31,550 nt of DNA from Candidatus Rifleibacteriota bacterium (GCA_015233155.1 JADFYG010000068.1:1-31550); one strand, 5' to 3'. Positions 1-7,374 are shown, counted from the first letter of the stretch. The notes: generated from the sequence alone by a model not told the origin. Numbers and translations are program-made.

Positions 1-692
1 AGCATATCGAAGATGTGACCAGGCGATTCGCTGCGGCTGGTTATGCAGCCTTGGCGCCTGACCTCTTCGCGGTCAATGGCAAAAGACCGGCTGCTCTTTC
101 CAACGAGCGGATCGAAAAGCTGATGAAGTTCCTGAGGCCCCTGCCTCCTTCGGTCTGGGGGAACCCTGCCGAAAGGGACGCCGAGCTGGCCAGGCTTCCG
201 GAACCCGACGGAACAGAGATCCGTGAAACCTTTGGACAGATCTTTTCCGGTATTGGACGATTGGCGGACTATGTGCCCCAGCTCAGGGATGCTGTCCGCC
301 ATCTCAGAACCAGCCAGAGGGAAACCAAAGCCCAAAAGGTGGCCTGCGTCGGCTTTTGTATGGGAGGAGGACTTTCCGCTCTCCTTGCGTGCGAAGAACC
401 GGAAATTTCAGGTGCCGCCGTATTCTACGGAAGCACACCTTCCGTGGATAAAATACCATCGATCCAATGTCCGGTAATAGGTTTCTACGCCGCTAATGAT
501 CAGCGTATCAATACCGGCATTTCCGTCTTCGAGGATGCCATGCGCCTTGCGGGAAAGTCCTATGAGCGCTTCATCTACGAGGGAGCAAACCACTCCTTTT
601 TCAATGACGATAGCCAGGCCTATCATGTGAGGGCGGTCCGGGACTCCTTCGTCCGGCTTTTGACATTCTTTCATAAAACGCTGTCGGATTAG
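1..692 (+). CDS. Dienelactone hydrolase family protein, 5'-truncated by the window edge. The reading frame is open from nt 3; the stop is at 690-692.
   Basis: The translation reads ...HIEDVTRRFAAAGYAALAPDLF... The AGYxALAPDLF motif and the nucleophile-elbow-like VACVGFCMGGG fit the DLH / carboxymethylenebutenolidase alpha/beta-hydrolase family. The ORF is open to the window start, so the N-terminus is missing. Confidence 0.7.
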   Translation, partial: HIEDVTRRFAAAGYAALAPDLFAVNGKRPAALSNERIEKLMKFLRPLPPSVWGNPAERDAELARLPEPDGTEIRETFGQIFSGIGRLADYVPQLRDAVRHLRTSQRETKAQKVACVGFCMGGGLSALLACEEPEISGAAVFYGSTPSVDKIPSIQCPVIGFYAANDQRINTGISVFEDAMRLAGKSYERFIYEGANHSFFNDDSQAYHVRAVRDSFVRLLTFFHKTLSD

Positions 693-1828
693 TGGTGGAC
701 GTGTATCCATTTTCGGATTGCCTGGTAATGGCCAAACCGGGAGGGCCCCGGTGCAATATGCGTTGCGACTACTGCTATTATCTCGACAAACAGCGTCTCT
801 TCCCCGGAAGTCCGTCAAGAATGCCCGAAGCTCTCCTGGAAAGGTATATTGTCCAGCGGTTTGAAGCCTCCCCGGGTCCAAACATCCACTTCGAATGGCA
901 CGGGGGAGAGCCGACATTGCTGGGTCTGGATTACTTCCGTACCATTACGTCGCTGCAGCACAAATGTAATCCGGACGGACGGACGGTTTCCAACGGCCTG
1001 CAAACCAATGGGATCCTGATCGATTCTGAATGGGCCGATTTCCTTGCCCAGAATGGATTTTCTGTCGGTCTGAGTCTGGATGGCCCGGAAGAGTTTCATG
1101 ACGGTTTCCGGAAAGCCAACGATAATGGCCCCACTCAATCCCGTGTCGTTCGTGCGTTCCACCTGCTGAAAGAGCGCCGTGTTTTCTGCAATGTGTTGTG
1201 TGTGCTTCATGCGAAAAATACGGCTGAGCCGGACAAGCTGTATGATTTCTTTCGCGGCCTGGGAGTCTCATATATCCAGTTCCTGCCATTGGTCGGCATC
1301 GGGAATGTTTCTGCCGGGCCCGAGGCGATAGGCCATTTCCTGTGTCGCATATTCGACCGCTGGATAAAAGAGGATGTGGGTCGAATGGTGATCCAGATTT
1401 TCGATGAGGCACTGCGACCGATTTATGGCATCCCTCATGCTTTATGTATTCACCGGGAGACATGCGGCGATGCCGCTGTTTTGGAACATGACGGGAGCTT
1501 TTACGCCTGTGACCATTTTGTCGATCCGAAACATTTGATCGGAAATATACAGGAAAGACGACTCAGCGACCTGGCAAATGATCCTGCGATGGCTCGCTTC
1601 GGAAAAGCGAAAAGGGAAACCCTGCCGCAATTCTGTAAGGAATGTGATGTCCTTTCATTCTGCAATGGCGGCTGCCCAAAGGATCGCATATCAAATACGC
1701 CGACCGGAGAGGGCGGCTTGAATTACCTCTGCCCGGCTTATAGAGCCTTCTTTCATCATTCCAGACCAGCACTGACACGCCTGGCTGCCCACATGAAGGC
1801 GGGAAAATCCCTGAGGTCATTCATGTAG
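692..1828 (+). CDS. Radical SAM / SPASM-domain enzyme, anaerobic sulfatase-maturating-enzyme-like. The GTG at 692 overlaps the upstream stop; an ATG at 728 is the more likely start.
   Basis: The CNMRCDYCYY motif (CxxxCxxC radical SAM cluster) lies just after MAKPGGPR. A C-terminal Cys-rich SPASM region reads CKECDVLSFCNGGCPKDR. The length (about 366-378 aa) is typical of anSME/AslB-type maturases. The 1-nt overlap with the upstream DLH gene suggests co-transcription. Confidence 0.8.
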   Translation: MVDVYPFSDCLVMAKPGGPRCNMRCDYCYYLDKQRLFPGSPSRMPEALLERYIVQRFEASPGPNIHFEWHGGEPTLLGLDYFRTITSLQHKCNPDGRTVSNGLQTNGILIDSEWADFLAQNGFSVGLSLDGPEEFHDGFRKANDNGPTQSRVVRAFHLLKERRVFCNVLCVLHAKNTAEPDKLYDFFRGLGVSYIQFLPLVGIGNVSAGPEAIGHFLCRIFDRWIKEDVGRMVIQIFDEALRPIYGIPHALCIHRETCGDAAVLEHDGSFYACDHFVDPKHLIGNIQERRLSDLANDPAMARFGKAKRETLPQFCKECDVLSFCNGGCPKDRISNTPTGEGGLNYLCPAYRAFFHHSRPALTRLAAHMKAGKSLRSFM

Positions 1829-1995
1829 AAAGTTTTCAATCGCTCAATCGGATATCACGGATATGGCCGACACGGATATTTGTCTGATAGAGGTTCCCTC
1901 CGGTTCATTCGTGATGTCAGTTTAATAAGTTTCTGCATATCCCAGATGATTATATCACCACGATAACAAAATTTTGCCGTAAGCACAGCAAACTC

Positions 1996-2023
1996 TTTGA
2001 TACAATGAATTGTATCTTATATT
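1996..2023 (+). promoter_or_regulatory. Candidate sigma70-type promoter for the DUF350 / Hint-protein operon: TTGATA, 16 nt, TATATT.
   Basis: TTGATA at about 1996-2001 and TATATT at about 2018-2023 are separated by 16 nt. They lie in an AT-rich 230 nt intergenic gap, about 40 nt upstream of a GGGAGG Shine-Dalgarno and the ATG at 2063. Confidence 0.3.
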
Positions 2024-2062
2024 TTGATCGCGTCTACATCTGAATTTTTTCGGGAGGCTTTT

Positions 2063-2323
2063 ATGGAAGGCTTTGTACCAACCGTTATCTGGGCGACGAG
2101 TTTTACCATTCTGGGCGCAATCCTTGGTGTAGCTGGACTGCTGCTGGGCGTATATTTTGTACCGAAGCTGGTGGATCGCTTCACTCCTCACATTGACGAG
2201 GAGATGGAAATACTCAAGGGCAACGTGGCCGTCGCCACTTATTTCGGCTGGGTAGTCGGATGCACGATTATCGGAATCAGTCTTATAATATCAGCGGCAA
2301 TCATCGCCGGAATTCACGGATAA
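2063..2323 (+). CDS. Small integral membrane protein, DUF350-like (YjfL-like), about 86 aa with 2-3 TM helices.
   Basis: The ORF-track start at 2024 is a TTG with no RBS. An in-frame ATG at 2063 is preceded by GGGAGG at a 7 nt spacing. The product (MEGFVPTVIWATSF...) is hydrophobic and carries a GNVAVATYFGWVVG...IISAAIIAG motif resembling DUF350. It ends 4 nt before the next gene. Confidence 0.55.
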   Translation: MEGFVPTVIWATSFTILGAILGVAGLLLGVYFVPKLVDRFTPHIDEEMEILKGNVAVATYFGWVVGCTIIGISLIISAAIIAGIHG

Positions 2324-2327
2324 TATC

Positions 2328-4712
2328 ATGCGCCGCCTTTTTTCTCTTCTGTTCCTGATTATATTTTGTACCGGGACGAGTGTTTTATGGGCACGAGGCG
2401 GCGGTGGCTGTCTGGCCCCGGGAACCCTCATCGATTGCCCCTCCGGAAAAGCGGCGATCGAGTCTCTCCGGCCTGGAGACACAATCCTTGCACCGGGGGG
2501 AATTCCCAAAAAGGTCCTCGGTGTAACTGAGTTTGAAGCAAAAGAAATATACGAGATAGAACACGATGTGAGGGCGACATCCGAACATCCATTTCTGGTA
2601 GCCCCCGGAATTTACCGTACAGCGGCAAGGCTTGGCAAATCATCACCATATTCCGGGAAGGTCTATAATCTCACAGTGGAGCCTCCCGGGACATTCATTG
2701 CCAACGGGCATCCGACGCATAACAAAGGCTGTTTCACCCCCGACACCAAGGTTATGCTGGAAACCGGTCTGGAGACCGCCATGTCGGCTCTTCGCCCCGG
2801 TGACAGAGTACGCGCCTTTACGATGGATGGACGGAAAGTCGGCGCAGAGATCGACAGAGTTTTCACTCTGATGGCCGAAGAGTATTTTGAAGTGGTGACG
2901 GAAAGCGGACTTCTGGTCAGGGCAACTGCCGAGCATCCATTTTATGTCGGGGATGGAACTTTCCGCACTGTCGAGACTCTTCGTCCGGGCGATTCCATTT
3001 ACTCGTTTCGTGACAACTTCGCCAGAGACAGGATAAAGACCATAAGAAGAATCAAGTCTCCCGTTCAGATTTTCAATATACAGACGGATTCACCCAATAC
3101 GTTTATTGCCGCCGGATTCGCGGTTCACAATAAGGGCGGAGGATGTTTTCCAGCGGGAACCGGCATAACGATGCCCAATGGCGATACACGAAGCATTGAA
3201 ACCCTTTCCCCGGGCGATACGATACTTGGCGGAGATGGGAAACCGACCACTGTGCGCATGGTCGCAATGACAAGGGATGAAATAATCGACGTGGAGACTT
3301 CCTGTTCGAAAACCCGAACGACGATGGAGCATCCATTTCTGAATGCACGGTATCGTTATATTGAAGTCATGGATTTTTCTCCCGGGTCTTTCCTGAGAAA
3401 ATTCGGCGGAACCGCTGAACACGTCGTTTCAGTCATACCCTCCGGGATTCGGGATCTTGTGTATGAAATTGAAGTCGACGCACCTCATTCATATATCGCA
3501 AATGGATTCATCGTTCACAACAAGGGGTCGAGCGGTTCCGGAGGTTATCACTCCTCCGGAGGTCATACCGGACCGCCGCCGACATTCTTGGAATTAATGG
3601 GCATTTTGTTTTTCGGACTGATCCTCATGCTATTAACCTTTGCCTTAGTGCTGATGGCAAAGAATCCTGACGGCAAAGGGATCGATATCATAATTCCTAT
3701 CTCGACTCTGCAGCCCAGATATAATGTTACGGAGAAACTTGTTGAAACAATCTCTCAGCGTGACCCGGAGTTCAATGTCGGTAATTTGAAATCCATTGCG
3801 GAACATGCCTTCAGGACTCTTCAAACCTGCTGGGAAGAACGTAATTATTCAGAAATGGCCCCGCTTGTATTTTCAGCGCTGCAAAAAGGTCATGAACTGC
3901 AGTTGCAATCATCGATCAGGAATCATGAGATCAACAAAATTGAAAGTTTGAGCATTGAAGGGATCTGGATCGTCCAGGTGAATCATTCGCGGGAAGCCAA
4001 ACAGCGTGAATTTTCCGTCCTTGTTCAGGCTCGTGCCAAAGATTACTTCATCGATGATAGAACATCTTCTTACATACGTGGAGACATAACAGCAGAACAG
4101 TTTCAGGAATTCTGGGTATTTCAATGGAAAGACGGGAGATATAAAGTCAGGGATATTGAGCAGACCAAAGACTCTTCGATTCTTTCCATACCTAATCGGG
4201 TTGAAGGCATGGAGGATTCGGCTGCCGGAATGTCGGAAATCAGTATTTCCGGCCAGACGGGTAAGATCACTAAAAACATTTCACGCATGAATGCTTCCGA
4301 TCAAAACTGGGACCAGAGGGAGATGAAGGAAATAGCCCGCTCCGCAGCCATAACCGTGTATATGGCCAGGGAATCCGGGGATACTTCATCGCTGGCGGAG
4401 CTGGCTACGGAAAGTTTTGTTTCCACTCTCAAGGCTGAATGCAATGAACGTTCTCGTTCGCACGAATCTGTTGAGTTCCGAAATATCTGCGTTCGCAAGG
4501 TCGATATCTGCCTGGCGCGCCCGGCAAAGGACAATGGGCCGGATGAGTTCGTGGCAAGGATCACTCTCCACGCTCAAAGAATCAAAACTTCTTCGGGAAC
4601 AGTCGTCTTTCAGGATTCGGATGTGACTGTTTTCGAAACCATGCTCCGTTTTGAGCGTAAGAATTCACCGTTCAGACTTGCTGAAATCGTCAAGAGCAGT
4701 GATCAGGTTTAG
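2328..4712 (+). CDS. Multidomain protein: signal peptide, 3 tandem Hint (Hedgehog/intein-like, BIL-type) domains, a single TM helix, and 2 Tim44-like/NTF2-like cytoplasmic domains.
   Basis: The N-terminal signal peptide is MRRLFSLLFLIIFCTGTSVLWA.

Three about 107-138 aa repeats (aa 28-134, 135-272, 273-400; nt about 2409-3527) each begin G|C(L/F)xxxT (GGCLAPGT, GCFTPDT, GGCFPAGT, compare Hedgehog GCFPGS). Each contains a TxEHPF block (the intein block-B TxxH) and ends FIANG/FIAAG/YIANG...HNKG (a terminal His-Asn).

The repeats are followed by a Gly/Ser linker, the hydrophobic helix FLELMGILFFGLILMLLTFALVLMA, and a 350 aa C-terminal region. That region has two W/F-rich segments (FQEFWVFQWKDGRYKVRDIEQ; VFETMLRFERKNSPFRLAEIV) resembling Tim44-like domains. 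Confidence 0.8.
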   Translation: MRRLFSLLFLIIFCTGTSVLWARGGGGCLAPGTLIDCPSGKAAIESLRPGDTILAPGGIPKKVLGVTEFEAKEIYEIEHDVRATSEHPFLVAPGIYRTAARLGKSSPYSGKVYNLTVEPPGTFIANGHPTHNKGCFTPDTKVMLETGLETAMSALRPGDRVRAFTMDGRKVGAEIDRVFTLMAEEYFEVVTESGLLVRATAEHPFYVGDGTFRTVETLRPGDSIYSFRDNFARDRIKTIRRIKSPVQIFNIQTDSPNTFIAAGFAVHNKGGGCFPAGTGITMPNGDTRSIETLSPGDTILGGDGKPTTVRMVAMTRDEIIDVETSCSKTRTTMEHPFLNARYRYIEVMDFSPGSFLRKFGGTAEHVVSVIPSGIRDLVYEIEVDAPHSYIANGFIVHNKGSSGSGGYHSSGGHTGPPPTFLELMGILFFGLILMLLTFALVLMAKNPDGKGIDIIIPISTLQPRYNVTEKLVETISQRDPEFNVGNLKSIAEHAFRTLQTCWEERNYSEMAPLVFSALQKGHELQLQSSIRNHEINKIESLSIEGIWIVQVNHSREAKQREFSVLVQARAKDYFIDDRTSSYIRGDITAEQFQEFWVFQWKDGRYKVRDIEQTKDSSILSIPNRVEGMEDSAAGMSEISISGQTGKITKNISRMNASDQNWDQREMKEIARSAAITVYMARESGDTSSLAELATESFVSTLKAECNERSRSHESVEFRNICVRKVDICLARPAKDNGPDEFVARITLHAQRIKTSSGTVVFQDSDVTVFETMLRFERKNSPFRLAEIVKSSDQV

Positions 4713-4740
4713 GATCACATTCGAAGATGGGTGAACACCC

Positions 4741-4760
4741 GCTCGACTTCAGTCGAGGGG
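4741..4760. terminator. Weak hairpin between convergent genes: CTCGAC-TTCA-GTCGAG.
   Basis: A perfect 6 bp stem with a 4 nt loop lies in the 60 nt gap between the stop of the Hint protein (+) and the stop of the DUF1566 gene (-). There is no clear U-tract, so a terminator role is uncertain. Confidence 0.2.
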
Positions 4761-4772
4761 CGTTCATGGTCG

Positions 4773-5855
4773 TCACTTGGGCTGGCGGACCGCAAAGCAG
4801 CGAAAATCATCGCAGGTTCGATTTGCCTGGCTCTCGTGACCCCTGGTGAAGGCCACGAGCCAGGCTGTTGAGGAATTCATGGCTTCCGCCCAGACCAGGA
4901 AGGATTTGTTGAGACAAAATGCAGGGTCGAGGTGCAACTGAAACGGGGGCATTCCCGCGTCCTGGTCACCCTGGCGGGAAGAAGTCGCGATGTAGATGCC
5001 GTGCAATTCGTCGCGGGTTGGGGTGCGCCAACCGTTTCCCAGGCTGTTGATCCAGGTCTGACCGGCATCCCAACTCGTATTGCAATCAGGACCTTCGAGC
5101 CATTGCAGGCCGGTTTTGGCGTCAGTGATCACTCCCTTGGCATCGCGGGAGAATCGCTCCGGTAGTTTTGGTTCTCGATTCAGTTCCGTTGCCGATGCCA
5201 GGACGGTGGCTGACGTTGCCGGTACGGTGGCGGTGGCGGCTCCTTTCCCGGGGCGAACCGCAAAGCCTCTGAAGTTCCAATTGGTCATCTCGCGAATATT
5301 CCACATGCCATCTCCCGACCCAAACTCCAAGGCCCAGGCCGACGAGGCATCCCTGGCCTCCGCCCAGGTCCAGTAGGCGCAGTTCAGACGAAAGGCGGGA
5401 TCGAGACGCAACGGCCAGGGTCCGCGACCTTGTGAAGGGCGCCCTTGGCGATTCGAATCAGCAATATAGATGCCGCGAAGTTCGGCGCGGGTGGGCGTGC
5501 GCCATCCGTTGCCCAGGCCGTTGATCCAGGCCTGGCTTTGGTCCCAGTCTGTAGGGCGGTCGGGCCCCTCGAGCCACTCCAAGCCGGTCTGGCCGTCGGT
5601 AATCACTCCATCGGCATCGCGGGAGAATCGCGCGGCCGGACTCGTCTTTTGCTTGGGTCCAGATGTTAATGAGACCGCAAAGGTTGCCGTGGCGGGTTGG
5701 CTGACGACACCGCTTGCCACGATCTCCGCCGACGTGAACGCTGCCCTCCCAGGTTCAGGGGTCGGTGTTTCCGCCGCCAGCCCGAACGCCTGGAAACACA
5801 GCGTCACCAACAGAACGACAGCCAATCCATACTTTCGCAAAACTGATTCTCGCAT
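4773..5855 (-). CDS. Secreted or lipoprotein with two tandem DUF1566 (Lcl C-terminal-like) domains.
   Basis: An internal ATG at 5855 is preceded by GAGGAGA. It gives the signal-peptide-like N-terminus MRESVLRKYGLAVVLLVTLCFQAFGLAAE. The upstream 39 codons of the ORF-track ORF are Arg/Lys/Pro-rich and cover the RBS, so they are probably not translated.

Two repeats read RFSRDA(D/K)GVITD..TGL(E/Q)WLEGPD...W(D/N)...W.N.LGNGWRTPTR.EL.GIYIA. They carry the DUF1566 signature (TGLxW, GWRLPT..EL). Confidence 0.75.
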   Translation of the reverse strand: MRESVLRKYGLAVVLLVTLCFQAFGLAAETPTPEPGRAAFTSAEIVASGVVSQPATATFAVSLTSGPKQKTSPAARFSRDADGVITDGQTGLEWLEGPDRPTDWDQSQAWINGLGNGWRTPTRAELRGIYIADSNRQGRPSQGRGPWPLRLDPAFRLNCAYWTWAEARDASSAWALEFGSGDGMWNIREMTNWNFRGFAVRPGKGAATATVPATSATVLASATELNREPKLPERFSRDAKGVITDAKTGLQWLEGPDCNTSWDAGQTWINSLGNGWRTPTRDELHGIYIATSSRQGDQDAGMPPFQLHLDPAFCLNKSFLVWAEAMNSSTAWLVAFTRGHESQANRTCDDFRCFAVRQPK

Positions 5856-6018
5856 AGGTCTCCTCAATTCTCGCTGTATTCGGGGGTGGCGAACAGGATC
5901 TTTTCGCGACGTATTTGGACGACGGACCACCCCAGGCGGTTTATGTAATCGGAATTTGCTTTTCCGAGCCAAGTATATCAGTCAACGCTTTTGCGGGGCA
6001 AGAGCCGGGCTTTTTGAG

Positions 6019-6170
6019 CCAAGGGCATTTAATTCTCGACCGGTAGGGCAGCGACCGCCGGGCGCGCCGCGCCTTTTGCCACGAGCTTTATCGGCTGGCC
6101 CGGCGGTCCAGCCACCATTTCGTTGAAATCATGCAATGCAAGCCATTCGCGGGCGGAGAATTAAATGACC
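6019..6170. repeat. MITE-like or structured intergenic element, copy A. It is about 150 bp with 15 bp terminal inverted repeats (GGGCATTTAATTCTC / GAGAATTAAATGACC) and a GC-rich central hairpin.
   Basis: The left end is GGCATTTAATTCTC (about 6024-6037). The right end, GAGAATTAAATGACC (about 6156-6170), is its reverse complement.

The interior (GGTAGGGCAGCGACCGCCGGGCGCGCC...CCACGAGCTTT...GGCCCGGCGGTCCAGCCACC) can form a long imperfect stem.

The whole element is about 80% identical to the reverse complement of 14648-14794.

It is flanked by a direct repeat: GGCTTTTTGAGCCAAG at 6008-6023 and GGCTTTTTGAGCAAG at 6172-6186. Confidence 0.6.
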
Positions 6171-6194
6171 TGGCTTTTTGAGCAAGATGCGATG

Positions 6195-6722
6195 CTATTT
6201 CGGGGGCTGCGGCGTGAATGATGCGATTGTGGCATCAGAAGCCACAGAAGTTGAGGAGGCTACTGATGTTGCCGAGGCTACACCAGAATGCGCCGCCGGA
6301 TTCCCGGTCTTCACGATATGGCTTTCCCAGAAGTAAACCCCCGCTATAACAGCCAGAGTGATGATCAGAGAAAATATACAGATTATAATAAAATGTGGTC
6401 TCCGAAGAGATTTAGGAGACGGCTGAGGCTGCATTTCCAGTTGTCGGATTCGCTCAGCTTCCTGCTGCCGCAATCGCGCAGTTTCTTCAACACGCTGAGT
6501 GATACCATTCCATAAGGAATCACCCGGTTCCAGTAAGGGGGCTTCCCGGAACGGTTTTACGAGAGTTTGTCTGGCGGTTTCCGACAGTTTCACGCATTCA
6601 GGGCAGCTTGAGAGGTGCTCATGCAGTTCGACATCCTTCTCTTTCTGCAATTCTCCGTCAATAAAATCCGTGAGAATCAGTCCTCTGCATTCTTCACAAT
6701 CCATGTTTGACCACCTTTTCAC
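6195..6722 (-). CDS. Anti-sigma factor, zf-HC2 type, with one TM helix.
   Basis: MDCEECRGLILTDFIDGELQKEKDVELHEHLSSCPECV matches the putative-zinc-finger anti-sigma motif (C..C...DGEL...H...C..C). A central hydrophobic helix reads HFIIICIFSLIITLAVIAGVYF, followed by a Ser/Thr/Ala-rich tail. The gene lies immediately downstream of the ECF sigma gene and overlaps it by 11-29 nt (a possible alternative start at 6704). Confidence 0.75.
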   Translation of the reverse strand: MKRWSNMDCEECRGLILTDFIDGELQKEKDVELHEHLSSCPECVKLSETARQTLVKPFREAPLLEPGDSLWNGITQRVEETARLRQQEAERIRQLEMQPQPSPKSLRRPHFIIICIFSLIITLAVIAGVYFWESHIVKTGNPAAHSGVASATSVASSTSVASDATIASFTPQPPK

Positions 6723-7374
6723 GCAATGTAAGCAGTGTTTCCCTGGCGCGTCTGAGCCACGACCGGACAGTGTTGAGGTTGGCTTCGAGGATGTCTGCGA
6801 TTTCCTGATAACTGAATTCAGCGACGCTCCGTAATACCAGACAAGCCCGCTGCTCAGGAGGGAGATGGCTCATCATGGAATGGATAATATCGTATGCATC
6901 ATCTGTCTGTTCATTTCCGGAGGCATCGACAAAGACTCGCCGCGTCTGAAGATCCTGGCTATACTCGATCAGCTGAGTTTTCTCCCGGGCCATTTTTTTT
7001 GCCGTATTAAGAGCGCAGTTGACGCTGATGCGATATATCCATGTTTTTAGTGAAGAATGACCGTGGAATTCACCCAGTTTCTGGAAAACGCTGACAAAGA
7101 CATCCTGGGCGACTTCCTCTGCGTCTTCACGGGTATTGACGATTCTCCATGAGATGTTTAATACCATCCTGGCGTGTGCCTGGTAGATTCGGTGAAACGC
7201 GGAAATATCTCCACGAAGTGCTGCCTCGATAGTTTCCGCCTGGTTTTCGCCCGAACCGGTATCATTGACTGATCCGGCAGAGCCAGGTGATGATTTGTGT
7301 TCAGCTGATGGTTTATTCAACCTTGAAAGAATCACTTTCTCCGAATGATGAAGTCTCGCATATTTTACCCCCAC
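6694..7374 (-). CDS. ECF-family RNA polymerase sigma factor (sigma-70 regions 2 and 4).
   Basis: Region 2 reads ISAFHRIYQAHARMVLNISWRIVNTREDAEEVAQDVFVSVFQKL. Region 4 reads LRSVAEFSYQEIADILEANLNTVRSWLRRARETL. The ORF-track start at 7374 is a GTG, and the true start is probably an alternative codon some 20-40 codons downstream. Confidence 0.8.
   Translation of the reverse strand: MGVKYARLHHSEKVILSRLNKPSAEHKSSPGSAGSVNDTGSGENQAETIEAALRGDISAFHRIYQAHARMVLNISWRIVNTREDAEEVAQDVFVSVFQKLGEFHGHSSLKTWIYRISVNCALNTAKKMAREKTQLIEYSQDLQTRRVFVDASGNEQTDDAYDIIHSMMSHLPPEQRACLVLRSVAEFSYQEIADILEANLNTVRSWLRRARETLLTLREKVVKHGL

Noticed and set aside
945-1820. Several minus-strand ORFs of 60-172 aa inside the radical SAM gene.
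   Set aside because: They are fully embedded antisense to a gene with strong motif support, and their Arg/Ser/His/Gly-rich composition is typical of antisense frames.
2409-3527. Three inteins inserted in a host protein.
   Set aside because: There is no homing endonuclease domain and no recognisable host extein. The HN is not directly followed by a nucleophile. These are better read as Hog/BIL-type Hint domains than as mobile inteins.
5470-6126. A 218 aa + strand ORF.
   Set aside because: It is antisense to the DUF1566 gene for most of its length and then runs through the MITE-like intergenic element. Its translation is low-complexity and Arg/Pro/Gly-rich. It is a GC-rich antisense artefact.
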